This document shows positions 30,121-40,624 of a stretch of 64,000 bases of DNA, in pieces. The stretch comes from Pseudomonadota bacterium (GTDB taxonomy: Bacteria; UBA10199; 2-02-FULL-44-16; DYJF01). The notes beneath the pieces were generated by a model. The model was not told the origin of the DNA, did no database searches, and saw nothing but the letters and a program-made list of their open reading frames with translations. The stretch is from contig JBDRBB010000006.1 of the NCBI GenBank assembly GCA_043823065.1, forward strand, positions 96,001 to 160,000. The letters are read 5' to 3'. How positions within the stretch are numbered: the stretch's first letter is position 1; the number at the start of each line of letters is the position of its first letter. The position numbers and the translations under genes are program-made.

Positions 30121-30212
30121 TTGTCATTGCGATCCCGCCAAGGAGGGAGTGGCAATCTCGTTTTTACATAAACTACAGATTGCCGCGTCGCCTGCAGCTC
30201 CTCGCAATGACG
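30121..30212. repeat. Palindromic repeat doublet (GTCATTGCGA..TCGCAATGAC)
   Basis: Two inverted arms separated by about 17 bp. Confidence 0.85.
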
Positions 30213-30478
30213 GATAAATGTGACAGCGTCGGTTGTTCCCACCATATAACTGACGCATTACCCATTTTTACCGATTCCTTTTGCCACAATCAAACGACCG
30301 GTGCAATAGATGTAAAAAACTTGACTCCTGACTCACGTTTGTAATGATGCGGCAAAGAGACCCAAGTGATAAAAAGATATATTCGTTTTTTTTTTGCTGT
30401 CAAGCCCCTATATTTTAGGACTAAAAAGAGGCGGCTAATTGTGAGTTGCCGTCTGTCAAAATCGCGTGGCTAGGGCTA

Positions 30479-30618
30479 GGGGTCAAGTATTTACTCTTCA
30501 CTCTTGCATAGATGCGTGAATATATTCACTTGCCTCTGGTTTTGTTTTTACTTCAGCACTCATGATTCTAGATATCCGTGCTGGTTTTAGATTAAATATC
30601 TTTGAGAGTTCATCGTAA
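30479..30618 (-). pseudogene. 140-bp copy of the transposon end plus the transposase 3' end
   Basis: Matches 25484-25623 with no mismatch seen. Confidence 0.9.
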
Positions 30619-30666
30619 AAACTAAGGAAAAACTCGAATTGAACACACTTAACGAAAATAAAGCAA

Positions 30667-32238
30667 TCAATGCCGAAAATGCCTGACACCTGTGAAAACC
30701 ATAGCCATGTTGTGTTCATTGGCTGCTAAAATTGCTTCATCATCTTTAATAGAACCGCCTGGTTGAATTACTGCAGTTGCACCTGCTTTGGCTGCTTCAT
30801 CTATACCGTCGCGGAAAGGGAAAAAGGCATCTGAGGCTATCACACTTCCTTTTAAAGAACTTTGCGCTTTCATTACCGCAATCTTGGAAGAATCCACCCT
30901 GCTCATCTGACCTGCGCCAATGCCAATGGTGCGGTCTTTAGCAGCATAAACAATAGCATTAGATTTAACATGCTTACAAATACGCCAGGCGAAATCTAGA
31001 GCCTGCCATTCTTCTTCTGTTGGCGCGCGTTTGGTCACCACTTTGGCTTGCCTGACTTTTTCTAAGCTTAAATCTCTATCCTGAATTAACACTCCGCCCA
31101 CTACTTTGCGGATGCCAATGCCAGTTGCAGTATAATTAGTGGTTAGTTGAGGAATTTCTAACAAACGAATATTTTTCTTTTTCATTAAAATCTCTTTTGC
31201 CGCCGCTGAAAATTTGGGCGCAGCAATTACTTCAAAAAAGATTTCTGACAAAGCCTGGGCGGTTTTTGAATCAACTTCCTTATTAAAACTTACAATTCCG
31301 CCAAAGGCAGAAGTGGGATCACAAGCCAAGGCCTTGGTAAACGCCTCTTGCAAAGACTTGTCTGAAGTAGCAGCTCCGCAAGGGTTGCTATGTTTGACCA
31401 CTACTGCGGCAAATGGCTGATCCCTAAATTCAGCCACCATTTCAATGGCTGCATCTGCATCCATAATATTATTATAGGAAAGTTCCTTGCCGTGAAGTTG
31501 TGTGGCATTAGTTAGCGCTGGTTCATTAACTGGAGTTGTGCTCTTATAAAAGGCTGCTTTTTGATGGGGGTTTTCGCCGTAACGTAAATCCTGCACCTTC
31601 TCAAAAGTAAAACCAATAACATCAGGATGTTCCTGCTGTTTCAAATCAGCATCATACTTACTTAAATAAGAAATAATAGCTGCATCATATTTTGCTGTTT
31701 GGGCAAAAACTTTTTTAGCTAAAGAAAATTTGGTTTGTTTGCTCAATTTTCCCTGATTGGTTTTAAGTTCACTTAAGATCTTGGCATAATCTCTTGGATC
31801 ACAAACCACAGCCACGTCTTGATAGTTCTTAGCTGCAGCACGCAGCATGGTCGGGCCACCAATATCAATATTTTCAATAGCTTGTTCAAAGCTGCAATCT
31901 GGCTTGGCCACTGTGGCTTCAAAAGGATAAAGGTTCACCACAGCCAGATCTATATTATGGATATTGTTTTCTGCCATTTGTTTTTGATGCTGAGTATTGC
32001 CGCGCATTGCCAAAAGACCGCCGTGAATTTTAGGATGCAAAGTTTTTAACCGACCATCTAAAATTTCTGGGGAACCTGTATAATCTGAAATTTCAATCAC
32101 TGGAATTTTTGCCTCTTGCAAGGCCTTAGCTGTGCCGCCAGTAGATAAAATTTCAATCCCCAACTCAGCCAAACCTTTGGCAAATTCAACTATACCGCTC
32201 TTATCTGAAACACTTATAAGTGCACGTTCTACTTTCAT
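30667..32238 (-). CDS. purH: Bifunctional AICAR transformylase/IMP cyclohydrolase
   Basis: ALISVSDK, KTLHP, IDIGGP, RYGENPHQ, SDAFFPF, RHFRH. Confidence 0.98.
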   Translation of the reverse strand: MKVERALISVSDKSGIVEFAKGLAELGIEILSTGGTAKALQEAKIPVIEISDYTGSPEILDGRLKTLHPKIHGGLLAMRGNTQHQKQMAENNIHNIDLAVVNLYPFEATVAKPDCSFEQAIENIDIGGPTMLRAAAKNYQDVAVVCDPRDYAKILSELKTNQGKLSKQTKFSLAKKVFAQTAKYDAAIISYLSKYDADLKQQEHPDVIGFTFEKVQDLRYGENPHQKAAFYKSTTPVNEPALTNATQLHGKELSYNNIMDADAAIEMVAEFRDQPFAAVVVKHSNPCGAATSDKSLQEAFTKALACDPTSAFGGIVSFNKEVDSKTAQALSEIFFEVIAAPKFSAAAKEILMKKKNIRLLEIPQLTTNYTATGIGIRKVVGGVLIQDRDLSLEKVRQAKVVTKRAPTEEEWQALDFAWRICKHVKSNAIVYAAKDRTIGIGAGQMSRVDSSKIAVMKAQSSLKGSVIASDAFFPFRDGIDEAAKAGATAVIQPGGSIKDDEAILAANEHNMAMVFTGVRHFRH

Positions 32239-32268
32239 GTTATTCTCCCTATTTTGTCATCCTGAGAA

Positions 32269-32360
32269 ATATGTCATACCCGCGAAAACGGGGATCCAAT
32301 CTGTTATAATAAGCTAGATTCCCGCCTTCGCGGGAATGACAAGCTTCGCGGGAATGACAA
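32269..32360. repeat. REP-like doublet with a duplicated right arm
   Basis: gtcatacccgcgaaaacggggatcc..gattcccgccttcgcgggaatgacaa-gcttcgcgggaatgacaa. Confidence 0.8.
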
Positions 32361-32361
32361 A

Positions 32362-33723
32362 CTAATTCGACAAGGCGCTGGCTGTGCCGCCAATTTGAAA
32401 CAAACTCTTGATATCTTCATCCACTAATCTAAAACCTGCGCCTACAAAATAGTCCACAGGTTGATTGGGATTAATAATATCGTCAGCGCCGCCTAACAGA
32501 TAAAAGTTTTTGGTAACATTAACTCCGCCATATAATTTGATATGGGGTTTTTCACCATAGCGGGTAGTGAAATCATAGGCTTCAGCATGGGCAGAAGCTG
32601 GGCCCAAAAAATAATCAGCTCCCAAGCCACCAGTTGATTCAATAATTCCACCCCGGATTTGAAAATCATAAAACTTTTTGGCTAGCTGGGCGGAAATGCG
32701 CACCGCATTGCGGTCAATAGTTGCTGTATGGGTTTGCACCGTAGTAGTAGCATTGTTAACTGTAACCTCTGTGGTTTTTTCCACATGACTGGGATTGGGG
32801 TTGGGATCTGCCACCACATCTAACAAAAAAGCCTTGTCTGGCGAAGGCCGCAAAGCCAGCGAAACATAGTGTTTAAAATCTTCAGTTTTGGCCATGTATT
32901 CAGCATGATAACCAATTTCTGTTTCCAATTTTCGCATGCCACCCAAGGTATCATTTAAGCTATCTATTGCTTCATTTAGTTTTTCCACTGTTTCTTCATC
33001 ATTAACCAATTTACCAATTGTGCCTTCGCCACGATCAATCTTGCCCGTAATGGAAGCAACATGCTCCATGGAAGATTCAACTTCTTCGCGACTCCTTCTT
33101 AGGGCTTCAGTAAATTCAGCTAGATTTACAGAAATACGATTAATATTTTCCTGATTGTGAATAGTTAAAGTTTTAATAGTTTCTGTAAACTCATCTAGAT
33201 TATTAATGATGCGATTAATGGGAGCTGTGCCTTCCTGATTGACCATGGTTTTTAAGGAAGAAGTAATGGCCTTAATGTCATTGGCAATCTCGTTAAATTG
33301 CGCCATGAGCTGATTAAGATCGCCGGAAGCGCCAGTGTCAGCAATTTCCTGGCCTTTGCCCAAAGTTGGCACATTAAAACTGCCAGGAATTAACTCCACA
33401 TAAGTTTCACCTAAAAAGCCCCGACTGCGCAGCACTGCCTTGCTATCTTCTGGAAGTTTCACCTTGCGGTTAAGCAACAAGGTTACCTTAGCCTGTCGTG
33501 AATCAAAAAGCTCCAAATCTTTGACCACACCCACCTGCACTCCGGCTAGTTCCACCGGAGCCTTAATTTTCAAACCAGTGGCATTTTCAAAAATAGCTTC
33601 TAGTTCATAGCCCCGACCAGCTGTGACTGCCCTCTCGCTGACTTTAATCGTAATCAGGCCGGCCAGAGCAATCATAATTGCGGCAAACAAACCAACTTTC
33701 ATTTCCAAGGAAAGTCGCTTCAC
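32362..33723 (-). CDS. mlaD: MCE/MlaD family protein with coiled coil and C-terminal beta region
   Basis: GLKIKAPVELAGVQVGVV, GFLGETYVELIPG, GEGTIGKLVND. Confidence 0.88.
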   Translation of the reverse strand: MKRLSLEMKVGLFAAIMIALAGLITIKVSERAVTAGRGYELEAIFENATGLKIKAPVELAGVQVGVVKDLELFDSRQAKVTLLLNRKVKLPEDSKAVLRSRGFLGETYVELIPGSFNVPTLGKGQEIADTGASGDLNQLMAQFNEIANDIKAITSSLKTMVNQEGTAPINRIINNLDEFTETIKTLTIHNQENINRISVNLAEFTEALRRSREEVESSMEHVASITGKIDRGEGTIGKLVNDEETVEKLNEAIDSLNDTLGGMRKLETEIGYHAEYMAKTEDFKHYVSLALRPSPDKAFLLDVVADPNPNPSHVEKTTEVTVNNATTTVQTHTATIDRNAVRISAQLAKKFYDFQIRGGIIESTGGLGADYFLGPASAHAEAYDFTTRYGEKPHIKLYGGVNVTKNFYLLGGADDIINPNQPVDYFVGAGFRLVDEDIKSLFQIGGTASALSN

Positions 33724-34451
33724 GAATTTTCTCCTCTTAAAAATTTATGTACAGCTGGATTTTGAGATTTACGAATGACTTCTGGACTGCCTTGCTCAAT
33801 AATTTTGCCCCCCATAATCATAGCAATTTGATCTGCCACCCGAAACGTGGATTCAATATCATGACTTATCACCACTGAGGTGATATTTAAGGTTTGTTGC
33901 ATGGACAAGATAAGATTGTCAATAGATCCAGTCATAATTGGGTCTAACCCAGTGGTTGGCTCATCATATAAAATTATTTCTGGCTCCAAAACAATGGCTC
34001 TAGCCAAACCAGCTCTCTTTTTCATACCACCTGAAAGTTCATCAGGCATTTTATCACCCACATCGGTTAAGCCAACTAATCTTAATTTTTCTTTAACAAT
34101 TTTTTCAACTTGTTGCGAAGTTTTATCTGGAGCATGCTCGCGCAAAGGAAACGCCACATTGTCAAAAACTGAAAGAGAATCAAAAAGCGCGGCACTTTGA
34201 AACAGCATACCAAAGCGTCTTCTAACTTTATTGATTTGCACACGATCTAAGGTGTTAATATCCTGACCATCTACTACAACCCTACCAGAATCAGGCTTTA
34301 AAAGCCCAATTATGTGGCGCAAAAGCACTGTCTTGCCGCATCCTGAAGGACCAATAATAACTGTGATCTGGCCTTTGGGAATTTTTAAATTCACGCCGCG
34401 CAAGACTTCGTGCTGATTAAAGGATTTATGTAAATTAATAATTTCAATCAT
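33720..34451 (-). CDS. mlaF: MlaF-type ABC ATPase
   Basis: GPSGCGKT, LSGGMKKR, YDEPTTGLDP. Confidence 0.92.
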   Translation of the reverse strand: MIEIINLHKSFNQHEVLRGVNLKIPKGQITVIIGPSGCGKTVLLRHIIGLLKPDSGRVVVDGQDINTLDRVQINKVRRRFGMLFQSAALFDSLSVFDNVAFPLREHAPDKTSQQVEKIVKEKLRLVGLTDVGDKMPDELSGGMKKRAGLARAIVLEPEIILYDEPTTGLDPIMTGSIDNLILSMQQTLNITSVVISHDIESTFRVADQIAMIMGGKIIEQGSPEVIRKSQNPAVHKFLRGENS

Positions 34452-35254
34452 TTTAACAAATACTCAACAATCCAACTGGTTAAGAAATAATCAATAACCA
34501 AAACAGTAACCGAGGAGAGCACCACAGCTCTGGTGGTGCGCCTACCAACTCCTTGGGCTCCACCTCTGGTCTTAAACCCTTGATAACAACTTATGGCAGC
34601 AATACAGAAACCAAAAACTGCTGCCTTGATTAGGCCGCTAAAAAAATCATCGCCGTCTAAATAGTAATAAAGCTTAGAAAGCAGCAAACCTTCACTAATT
34701 CCCAAAATATAGACACCAACTAAATAAGAACCAAACATGCCCACAAAATTATAGAGCACGGTCAACATGGGAACCATGATTACTGCTGACCAAACCCTGG
34801 GCACTGCCAAATATTGAATAGGATCCACGGCCATGGTTTCCAAGGCATCGATTTGCTCGGAAACTTTCATGCTGCCAATTTCTGCAGCCATGGAAGAACA
34901 AGCGCGGGCTGTAACCATCAGCGCGGTAAAAACCGGCGCAATCTCTCTGGCCAAAGAAAGACCCACAGTTGCGCCAACCATGCTTTCCATATTAAACAAG
35001 GCGTAAACCTTGCCAACTTGTAAAGCAAAAACCGCCCCGGAAAAAAAAGCGGTTAAGACAATAATGCCTGTGGATTTTACACCCACAAATTCCATTTGCT
35101 CAAACAGCTGGGTTAAGCGAAAAGGTTTGCGAAAAGTCCATCTAATAATCTCTCTGACAAAAACACACCACTCGCCTAAACAGCGCATAGAGCTCAGGAT
35201 GTGAGCACCAAGGGGAGTTAAGACAGGACTTATAACATTAATAATGCGTTCCAT
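34448..35254 (-). CDS. mlaE: MlaE-type ABC permease
   Basis: REIAPV, AEIGSMKVSEQIDAL, GVGRRTTRAVV. Confidence 0.93.
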   Translation of the reverse strand: MERIINVISPVLTPLGAHILSSMRCLGEWCVFVREIIRWTFRKPFRLTQLFEQMEFVGVKSTGIIVLTAFFSGAVFALQVGKVYALFNMESMVGATVGLSLAREIAPVFTALMVTARACSSMAAEIGSMKVSEQIDALETMAVDPIQYLAVPRVWSAVIMVPMLTVLYNFVGMFGSYLVGVYILGISEGLLLSKLYYYLDGDDFFSGLIKAAVFGFCIAAISCYQGFKTRGGAQGVGRRTTRAVVLSSVTVLVIDYFLTSWIVEYLLK

Positions 35255-36393
35255 TATTTATATATCCTCGGTATTCTCCTGGAGATACCGCATAAAATTT
35301 CATAGGAGATGCTATCTATCCAGCTAGCCATTTCATCAGCGGTAATTTGCTCGTTACCTTGTGAGCCTAAAATAACTACGTCATCGCCCACACTGATCTC
35401 TGGCAGATTAGTAACATCAACCATAATCATATCCATGGTAACGCGACCCACAACCGGCGCCCGCTTGCCTCTTACCAGAACATAAGCTTTATCTGTAAAA
35501 TTAAACCTATAACCATCTGCGTAACCAATGGGCACTGCACCCAAACGCGAATCTTTCGCGGTCTTAAACGTGCAACCATAACTTACCGCAGTTCCTTGGG
35601 GCACACGCTTAAGCAAGGCAATTTTACTTTGCACGCCCATTACTGGCTTAAGCTTAATTTCTGGCGGTAGTTTTAGGCCATCAGCATAACCATATAGCGC
35701 TATGCCAGGCCGCACCCAAATTTTAGCTGCCTTAAATTTTGCCAAAGATCTCTGGGCAATAATTGCTGCACTATTGCTAAAATGCCAGACAGGAATTTCT
35801 CCCAGCTTTTTTTCAATTTCTTGTTTGGCCCTTAAAAAAACTTCTAACTGAAAAGTAGTATAATCTTTATCTTCAGCTGCAGCTAAATGGGTCATCACCC
35901 CTTCAACTCTGATCGATTTTGATTTAGCCAAACCTTCCAGCAAGGGAGACAAAAATTCCGGACGAACCCCTAAACGGCTCATACCTGTATCCACTTTCAA
36001 ATGCACGCTTAATTGACGGCCATATTTTTGCGCTGCCAGCTCCAAACAATCTAACACATCTTTACTATGCACCACAGGAATTAGATTAGACTCCACCATG
36101 CCATCTGTTGCAGGCCCACCCATACCCATAAGACCGCCCATGACCAAAATTGGGGCCTCAATTTTAGCCTGACGCAACTCAATGCCTTCTTCCACAGTAG
36201 CCACGCCTAATACATCAATTTGATTTTCAATTAATTTTTGCGAAACTTGCACAGCGCCATGGCCATAAGCATCTGCTTTGACCATACCCAAAATGCCAAC
36301 AGCTGGAGGAACCAAACTCTTTAAAGTTTGAAAATTATATTCCAAGGCCTGCAGGTCTATGGTAGCTATTGTTGGTCTATAAACAGTTTTCAT
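35254..36393 (-). CDS. alr: Alanine racemase
   Basis: VKADAYGHG, KVDTGMSRLG, GYADG, GRVTMD. Confidence 0.97.
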   Translation of the reverse strand: MKTVYRPTIATIDLQALEYNFQTLKSLVPPAVGILGMVKADAYGHGAVQVSQKLIENQIDVLGVATVEEGIELRQAKIEAPILVMGGLMGMGGPATDGMVESNLIPVVHSKDVLDCLELAAQKYGRQLSVHLKVDTGMSRLGVRPEFLSPLLEGLAKSKSIRVEGVMTHLAAAEDKDYTTFQLEVFLRAKQEIEKKLGEIPVWHFSNSAAIIAQRSLAKFKAAKIWVRPGIALYGYADGLKLPPEIKLKPVMGVQSKIALLKRVPQGTAVSYGCTFKTAKDSRLGAVPIGYADGYRFNFTDKAYVLVRGKRAPVVGRVTMDMIMVDVTNLPEISVGDDVVILGSQGNEQITADEMASWIDSISYEILCGISRRIPRIYK

Positions 36394-36461
36394 AAAAAGA
36401 GTGGTTACCTAGCACAGGGTTGCTTGTCAAAAGTTTAATTTATCTGTATAGCATATATAAT

Positions 36462-37235
36462 ATGAATATCACTTGTCAGTATATTGGCCATGCCACAACC
36501 CTAATTAAAATTGGGCAGACCTGTTTTTTAACTGATCCAAATTTTTCCAATCGCGTGTTATTTTTCAAGAGGCAGGTTAAACTTACACCTGCCCCAAATG
36601 AACTACCCAAAATTGATACTATTTTAATCAGTCATGTGCATTTTGATCATTTGGATTTTAATAGTTATAAATATATTTCGGTCAATGTACCAATTATCGT
36701 ACCTGAATCATGCTACAAACTCCTGGCCAAATATTTACCCAATCCTGTAACTGAGCTGGGCCTTTTTGCCACCCACAATTTGCGCGATGGCAGCAAAATA
36801 ACTGCAGTAACCGCTAGGCATAGAGGTGGCCGGCTTTCTCATTTGCGCTACACTACAACTAATAGTTATTTAATTCAAAAAGATGGGTGCACGGTCTTTT
36901 TTTGCGGAGATTCTGGCTATGGTCCTCATTTTAAAGAAATAGCCAATCTAGCCAAAATAGATTTGGCCCTGCTGCCTATTGCCAATTATGAACCCCAATG
37001 GTTTATGAAAACCAGACATATGAAGCCAGGTGAGGCAGTGCAGGCTTTTGAAGATTTAAAAGCCAAATGGATGATTCCCATTCATTGGGGCACATTCAAA
37101 TTATCTGCAGAACCCCTGAACCAGCCCTTAAAACTCTTGGATAAAATTATAGCGGAACGTCCCAGTCTTAAAGATAAGATTCACATTCTACCGCATGGTC
37201 AAGAAATAACTTTGCGCCCAAAACCCACCTCTTGA
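36462..37235 (+). CDS. Metallo-beta-lactamase fold hydrolase (NAPE-PLD/RomA-like)
   Basis: SHVHFDHLD, GDSGY, PIHWGTF. Confidence 0.9.
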   Translation: MNITCQYIGHATTLIKIGQTCFLTDPNFSNRVLFFKRQVKLTPAPNELPKIDTILISHVHFDHLDFNSYKYISVNVPIIVPESCYKLLAKYLPNPVTELGLFATHNLRDGSKITAVTARHRGGRLSHLRYTTTNSYLIQKDGCTVFFCGDSGYGPHFKEIANLAKIDLALLPIANYEPQWFMKTRHMKPGEAVQAFEDLKAKWMIPIHWGTFKLSAEPLNQPLKLLDKIIAERPSLKDKIHILPHGQEITLRPKPTS

Positions 37236-37266
37236 CCGCCTGCCTTAAATATGTTCATCTCGGCCA

Positions 37267-37755
37267 ATGTCAAAAATAGCAGTTTGCCCAGGAAGTTTTG
37301 ATCCTATCACCTTAGGCCATCTTAATGTTATTGAAAGATGTCTTAAGATTTTTGATAAAATCATAGTTGCTGTGGCTATAAACACAAGCAAGCAGGCCAT
37401 ATTTACCCCTGAAGAACGCGTCATGCAGCTTAAAGAAATATTTAAAGATTACAACAACGTAGAGGTTGATTCTTTTCAAGGACTTTTGGTAAATTATGTA
37501 AAGGATAAACAAATAAAAACAGTTATTCGCGGTATTAGAAATATGAGTGATTATGAATATGAATCGCAATTGTCCTTGGCTAATCGCACCTTAGATCCAA
37601 GCTTGGAATTTATTTATATGTTAACTGAGGGTAAATATGCCCATTTAAGTTCTTCTTTTGTTAAAGAAATTATCAAATTTGGCGGATCAGGCTGCGGAAT
37701 GATTCATCCGATAGTGGAAAAAAAGTTGCGCGAAAAATTATCCCCCAAGATTTAA
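37267..37755 (+). CDS. coaD: Phosphopantetheine adenylyltransferase
   Basis: PGSFDPITLGH, RGIR..DYEYE, SSSFVKE. Confidence 0.97.
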   Translation: MSKIAVCPGSFDPITLGHLNVIERCLKIFDKIIVAVAINTSKQAIFTPEERVMQLKEIFKDYNNVEVDSFQGLLVNYVKDKQIKTVIRGIRNMSDYEYESQLSLANRTLDPSLEFIYMLTEGKYAHLSSSFVKEIIKFGGSGCGMIHPIVEKKLREKLSPKI

Positions 37756-37769
37756 ACCGGAGGAAAGTT

Positions 37770-39158
37770 ATGGATTGCTGGAAAACAGTTGAAGCTCTAG
37801 AAAATGCTGGCCAACTAACCTTTGAAATCAAGAACAAAAAACTAAAAATTATTGATGAAGCCCGTTTTAGAAACGACACTGTTCAAAAATTAATTTGGAA
37901 CGCAACCTTTGCAGAAGATGAAAGTGTCAAAAAACTTGCCCAATGGGTTATTTGGGAGGCTTCCTTACAATTAGATGCTATTTCTTCTTCAATTCAGGAT
38001 TTTTATTTAGCCAGAGCAAAAGATAAATGGCAAAATCTTACTGTACCAGCAATTAATCTGCGCGGTTTAACCTATGATATTGCTTGCACTATTTTTAAGG
38101 TCTTAAATCGCCTAAACGCCCAAGCCTGTATTTTTGAAATTGCCAAAACAGAAATGGAATATACCAAACAGCCTCCTGCTGAATATGCTAGCTGCATTTT
38201 AGCAGCAGCTATGCATGAGTACTATAGAGGTCCAATTTTTCTGCAAGGCGATCATTTTCAAATAAATGCCAAGAATTTTGCCAAGGATCGTAAAAAAGAA
38301 TTGGATAATTTAAAACATCTCATTACAGAATCTGTAGAAGCTGGCTTTTTCAATTTTGATCTTGATACTTCTACTTTGGTTGATTTAAGCCAGGCCGAGA
38401 TTTGCGATCAACAGCAACCCAATTTCACCAATGCCGCAGAACTGGCTAAATTTATTCGAGCCAATGAACCAAAAGGCGTTACCATAGCTATTGGCGGTGA
38501 AATTGGTGAAAATGGCGAAGCAAACAGCACTGAAGAAGAACTCAGTTGTTTTGTGGAAGGCTTTAACAGCGCCCTGAATTTAGATACGAATATAAAACCA
38601 GTTGGTTTGTCTAAAATATCGGTTCAAACCGGGGCCATCCATGGTGGGGTAGTTTTGGCCAATGGTTCTATTGCCAAAGTAAAACTTGATTTTGAAACTT
38701 TGGAGAAGTTGGGAAAACTAGCCAGAGAACAGTTTGACCTGGGCGGAGTTGTCCAACACGGGGCTTCAACTTTGACGGAAAACGCTTTTGATAATTTTCC
38801 CAAACGAGAAACATTAGAAGTGCATCTAGCCACAGCTTTTCAAAATATTATTTATGAAACCACTGCCTTCCCCAAGATCTTGCGGGAAAATATCTACAAG
38901 TGGCTAAAACAAAATTGCGCTCAGGAAGCGCCTGAAGGCTTAACAGACGAGCAATTCTATTATAGAACCAGAAAAAAAGGTTTTGGACCATTCAAAAAGG
39001 AATTATGGTCTTTATCTGATAATACTAAAACAGCTTTAATGAGTGAATTGGCCAGAACATTTGATATGATGTTTAGAAAACTGGGGGTTGAAAACAGTAA
39101 AGAATTAGTTGAGAAACTTGTCAAACCTGTCCCGGTACATCATGAATATCCTTTATGA
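37770..39158 (+). CDS. Class II fructose-bisphosphate aldolase family protein
   Basis: VPAIN, QGDH, GGEIGE, GAIHGG, QHGAS. Confidence 0.85.
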   Translation: MDCWKTVEALENAGQLTFEIKNKKLKIIDEARFRNDTVQKLIWNATFAEDESVKKLAQWVIWEASLQLDAISSSIQDFYLARAKDKWQNLTVPAINLRGLTYDIACTIFKVLNRLNAQACIFEIAKTEMEYTKQPPAEYASCILAAAMHEYYRGPIFLQGDHFQINAKNFAKDRKKELDNLKHLITESVEAGFFNFDLDTSTLVDLSQAEICDQQQPNFTNAAELAKFIRANEPKGVTIAIGGEIGENGEANSTEEELSCFVEGFNSALNLDTNIKPVGLSKISVQTGAIHGGVVLANGSIAKVKLDFETLEKLGKLAREQFDLGGVVQHGASTLTENAFDNFPKRETLEVHLATAFQNIIYETTAFPKILRENIYKWLKQNCAQEAPEGLTDEQFYYRTRKKGFGPFKKELWSLSDNTKTALMSELARTFDMMFRKLGVENSKELVEKLVKPVPVHHEYPL

Positions 39159-40624
39159 AAAACAACGGGGTTGCTGTATTAACCATTTGTTTCTTTTTAT
39201 TTTGTCTTTTTCCCTCATTTGCCTCTAGCGCAGATACACTCTTGCTTTCTGCCCAAAAGGTTCAAGACTTAGCCTTAGAACAAAATTACTCGGTTCAGGT
39301 GGCTAAGCTGCAAAAAGAAATTGCCAAGCAAGCCATTCCCCAAGCTAAAGGCGTGTATGACACTAACCTGGGTCTAGACGCTAACCATAATATTAATGAT
39401 ACAACAAAAACTTCAGCAATCTTTGGCGGACGTATTGACACCACAACTGCAGGAATTTCTGCTACTAAAAAATTTGCCACAGGCACAGAAGCTGGCCTGG
39501 GTTTCTCAAACGTTAGAACCAAATATCATAACAATTTAGTTATTAACGGCAACCCCATCTATCCCCCCAATGCACTCTATGAACCGATTTTATCATTTTC
39601 CCTTAACCAGCCTTTAATGAAAAACGTGGCTGGTTTTATAGATCGCAAAACTGTGCAAGCAGCTGAAATTGGCTCTTTGGCTTCTGAATTAACCATTAGC
39701 AGGGAAATTCAAACTATTGTTTATAATGCCTTAGCCAATTATTGGAACTGGGTCTTAATTCGTCATCATATACAGGTTTTAGAAAAATCCGTACTTTTTG
39801 CAGAAAATTTTTTAAAAACAACTCTCTCAGAATATAATCTAGGCACTAAAGAGGAAACAGATGTTTTAGCAGCCAAAGCCAATGTTCTGGTGCGCAAAGA
39901 TCAACTTTTGATGTCCAAAGAATTGGAGCGCACTTGGCAAGAAAGTTTACGCGTGAATTTGGGAATTGGCCCGGAGATAACATTAAATAATCAAGAAAAA
40001 CTGCCTCCTTTTTTTGAACTTAAGCAAACCTTAGCTCAGGCAATAAATACTGCTTATGAAAAACGCCGCGACTATCTGGCCAGCAAGCAGGAATTGGAAT
40101 TAAGAAACGTTAATCTGGCTATTGCCAAAAATACCAGATGGCCAACTTTAGATATTTATGGTTCTTTAGACTTAAACGATATTCAAACCAGTTATGCAGA
40201 GGCGTTAAGCAACCTGGATAATCCAAATCTTACTGTGGGTTTGCAATTTTCTGTACCTTTGGAAAATCGGGTAGCCCGAGCCAATAAACGCATTGCTGAT
40301 TTTGAAAAAACTCAAGCTTTGGTAGCTTTGAAGGATTTACAAAACCGGATTGCCAACAATGTTTCCAGAACCTATCAGGAAGTTCTAAGTCGCAGAACCA
40401 TTATTAACCAGTCTCAGGAAGCCTTGAAACTTCAAGTAAAAAAATTAGAACAAGAAATGGAAAAATATTCTTTCGGCAGATCTTCTTCTGATCTAGTAAT
40501 TAGATATCAAGATGATGTGATCAATTCGGAAAGGGCTAATGTTGATGCTTGGGTAGAATACCAAAGTGCTGTGTTAAACTTACAACTAGCCATGGGAACT
40601 TTAGTGTATGCGCCGCATATTTGA
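39155..40624 (+). CDS. TolC-family outer-membrane efflux protein
   Basis: Signal peptide, two OEP-like repeats, adjacent to an RND gene. Confidence 0.88.
   Translation: MKNNGVAVLTICFFLFCLFPSFASSADTLLLSAQKVQDLALEQNYSVQVAKLQKEIAKQAIPQAKGVYDTNLGLDANHNINDTTKTSAIFGGRIDTTTAGISATKKFATGTEAGLGFSNVRTKYHNNLVINGNPIYPPNALYEPILSFSLNQPLMKNVAGFIDRKTVQAAEIGSLASELTISREIQTIVYNALANYWNWVLIRHHIQVLEKSVLFAENFLKTTLSEYNLGTKEETDVLAAKANVLVRKDQLLMSKELERTWQESLRVNLGIGPEITLNNQEKLPPFFELKQTLAQAINTAYEKRRDYLASKQELELRNVNLAIAKNTRWPTLDIYGSLDLNDIQTSYAEALSNLDNPNLTVGLQFSVPLENRVARANKRIADFEKTQALVALKDLQNRIANNVSRTYQEVLSRRTIINQSQEALKLQVKKLEQEMEKYSFGRSSSDLVIRYQDDVINSERANVDAWVEYQSAVLNLQLAMGTLVYAPHI

Noticed and set aside
19727..30666. tRNA-targeted prophage or ICE
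   Set aside because: No tRNA 3' duplication, integrase, phage or conjugation genes seen; the repeats point to purH instead
30498..30719. 73-aa ORF
   Set aside because: Chimera of the purH end in another frame and the duplicated transposase tail
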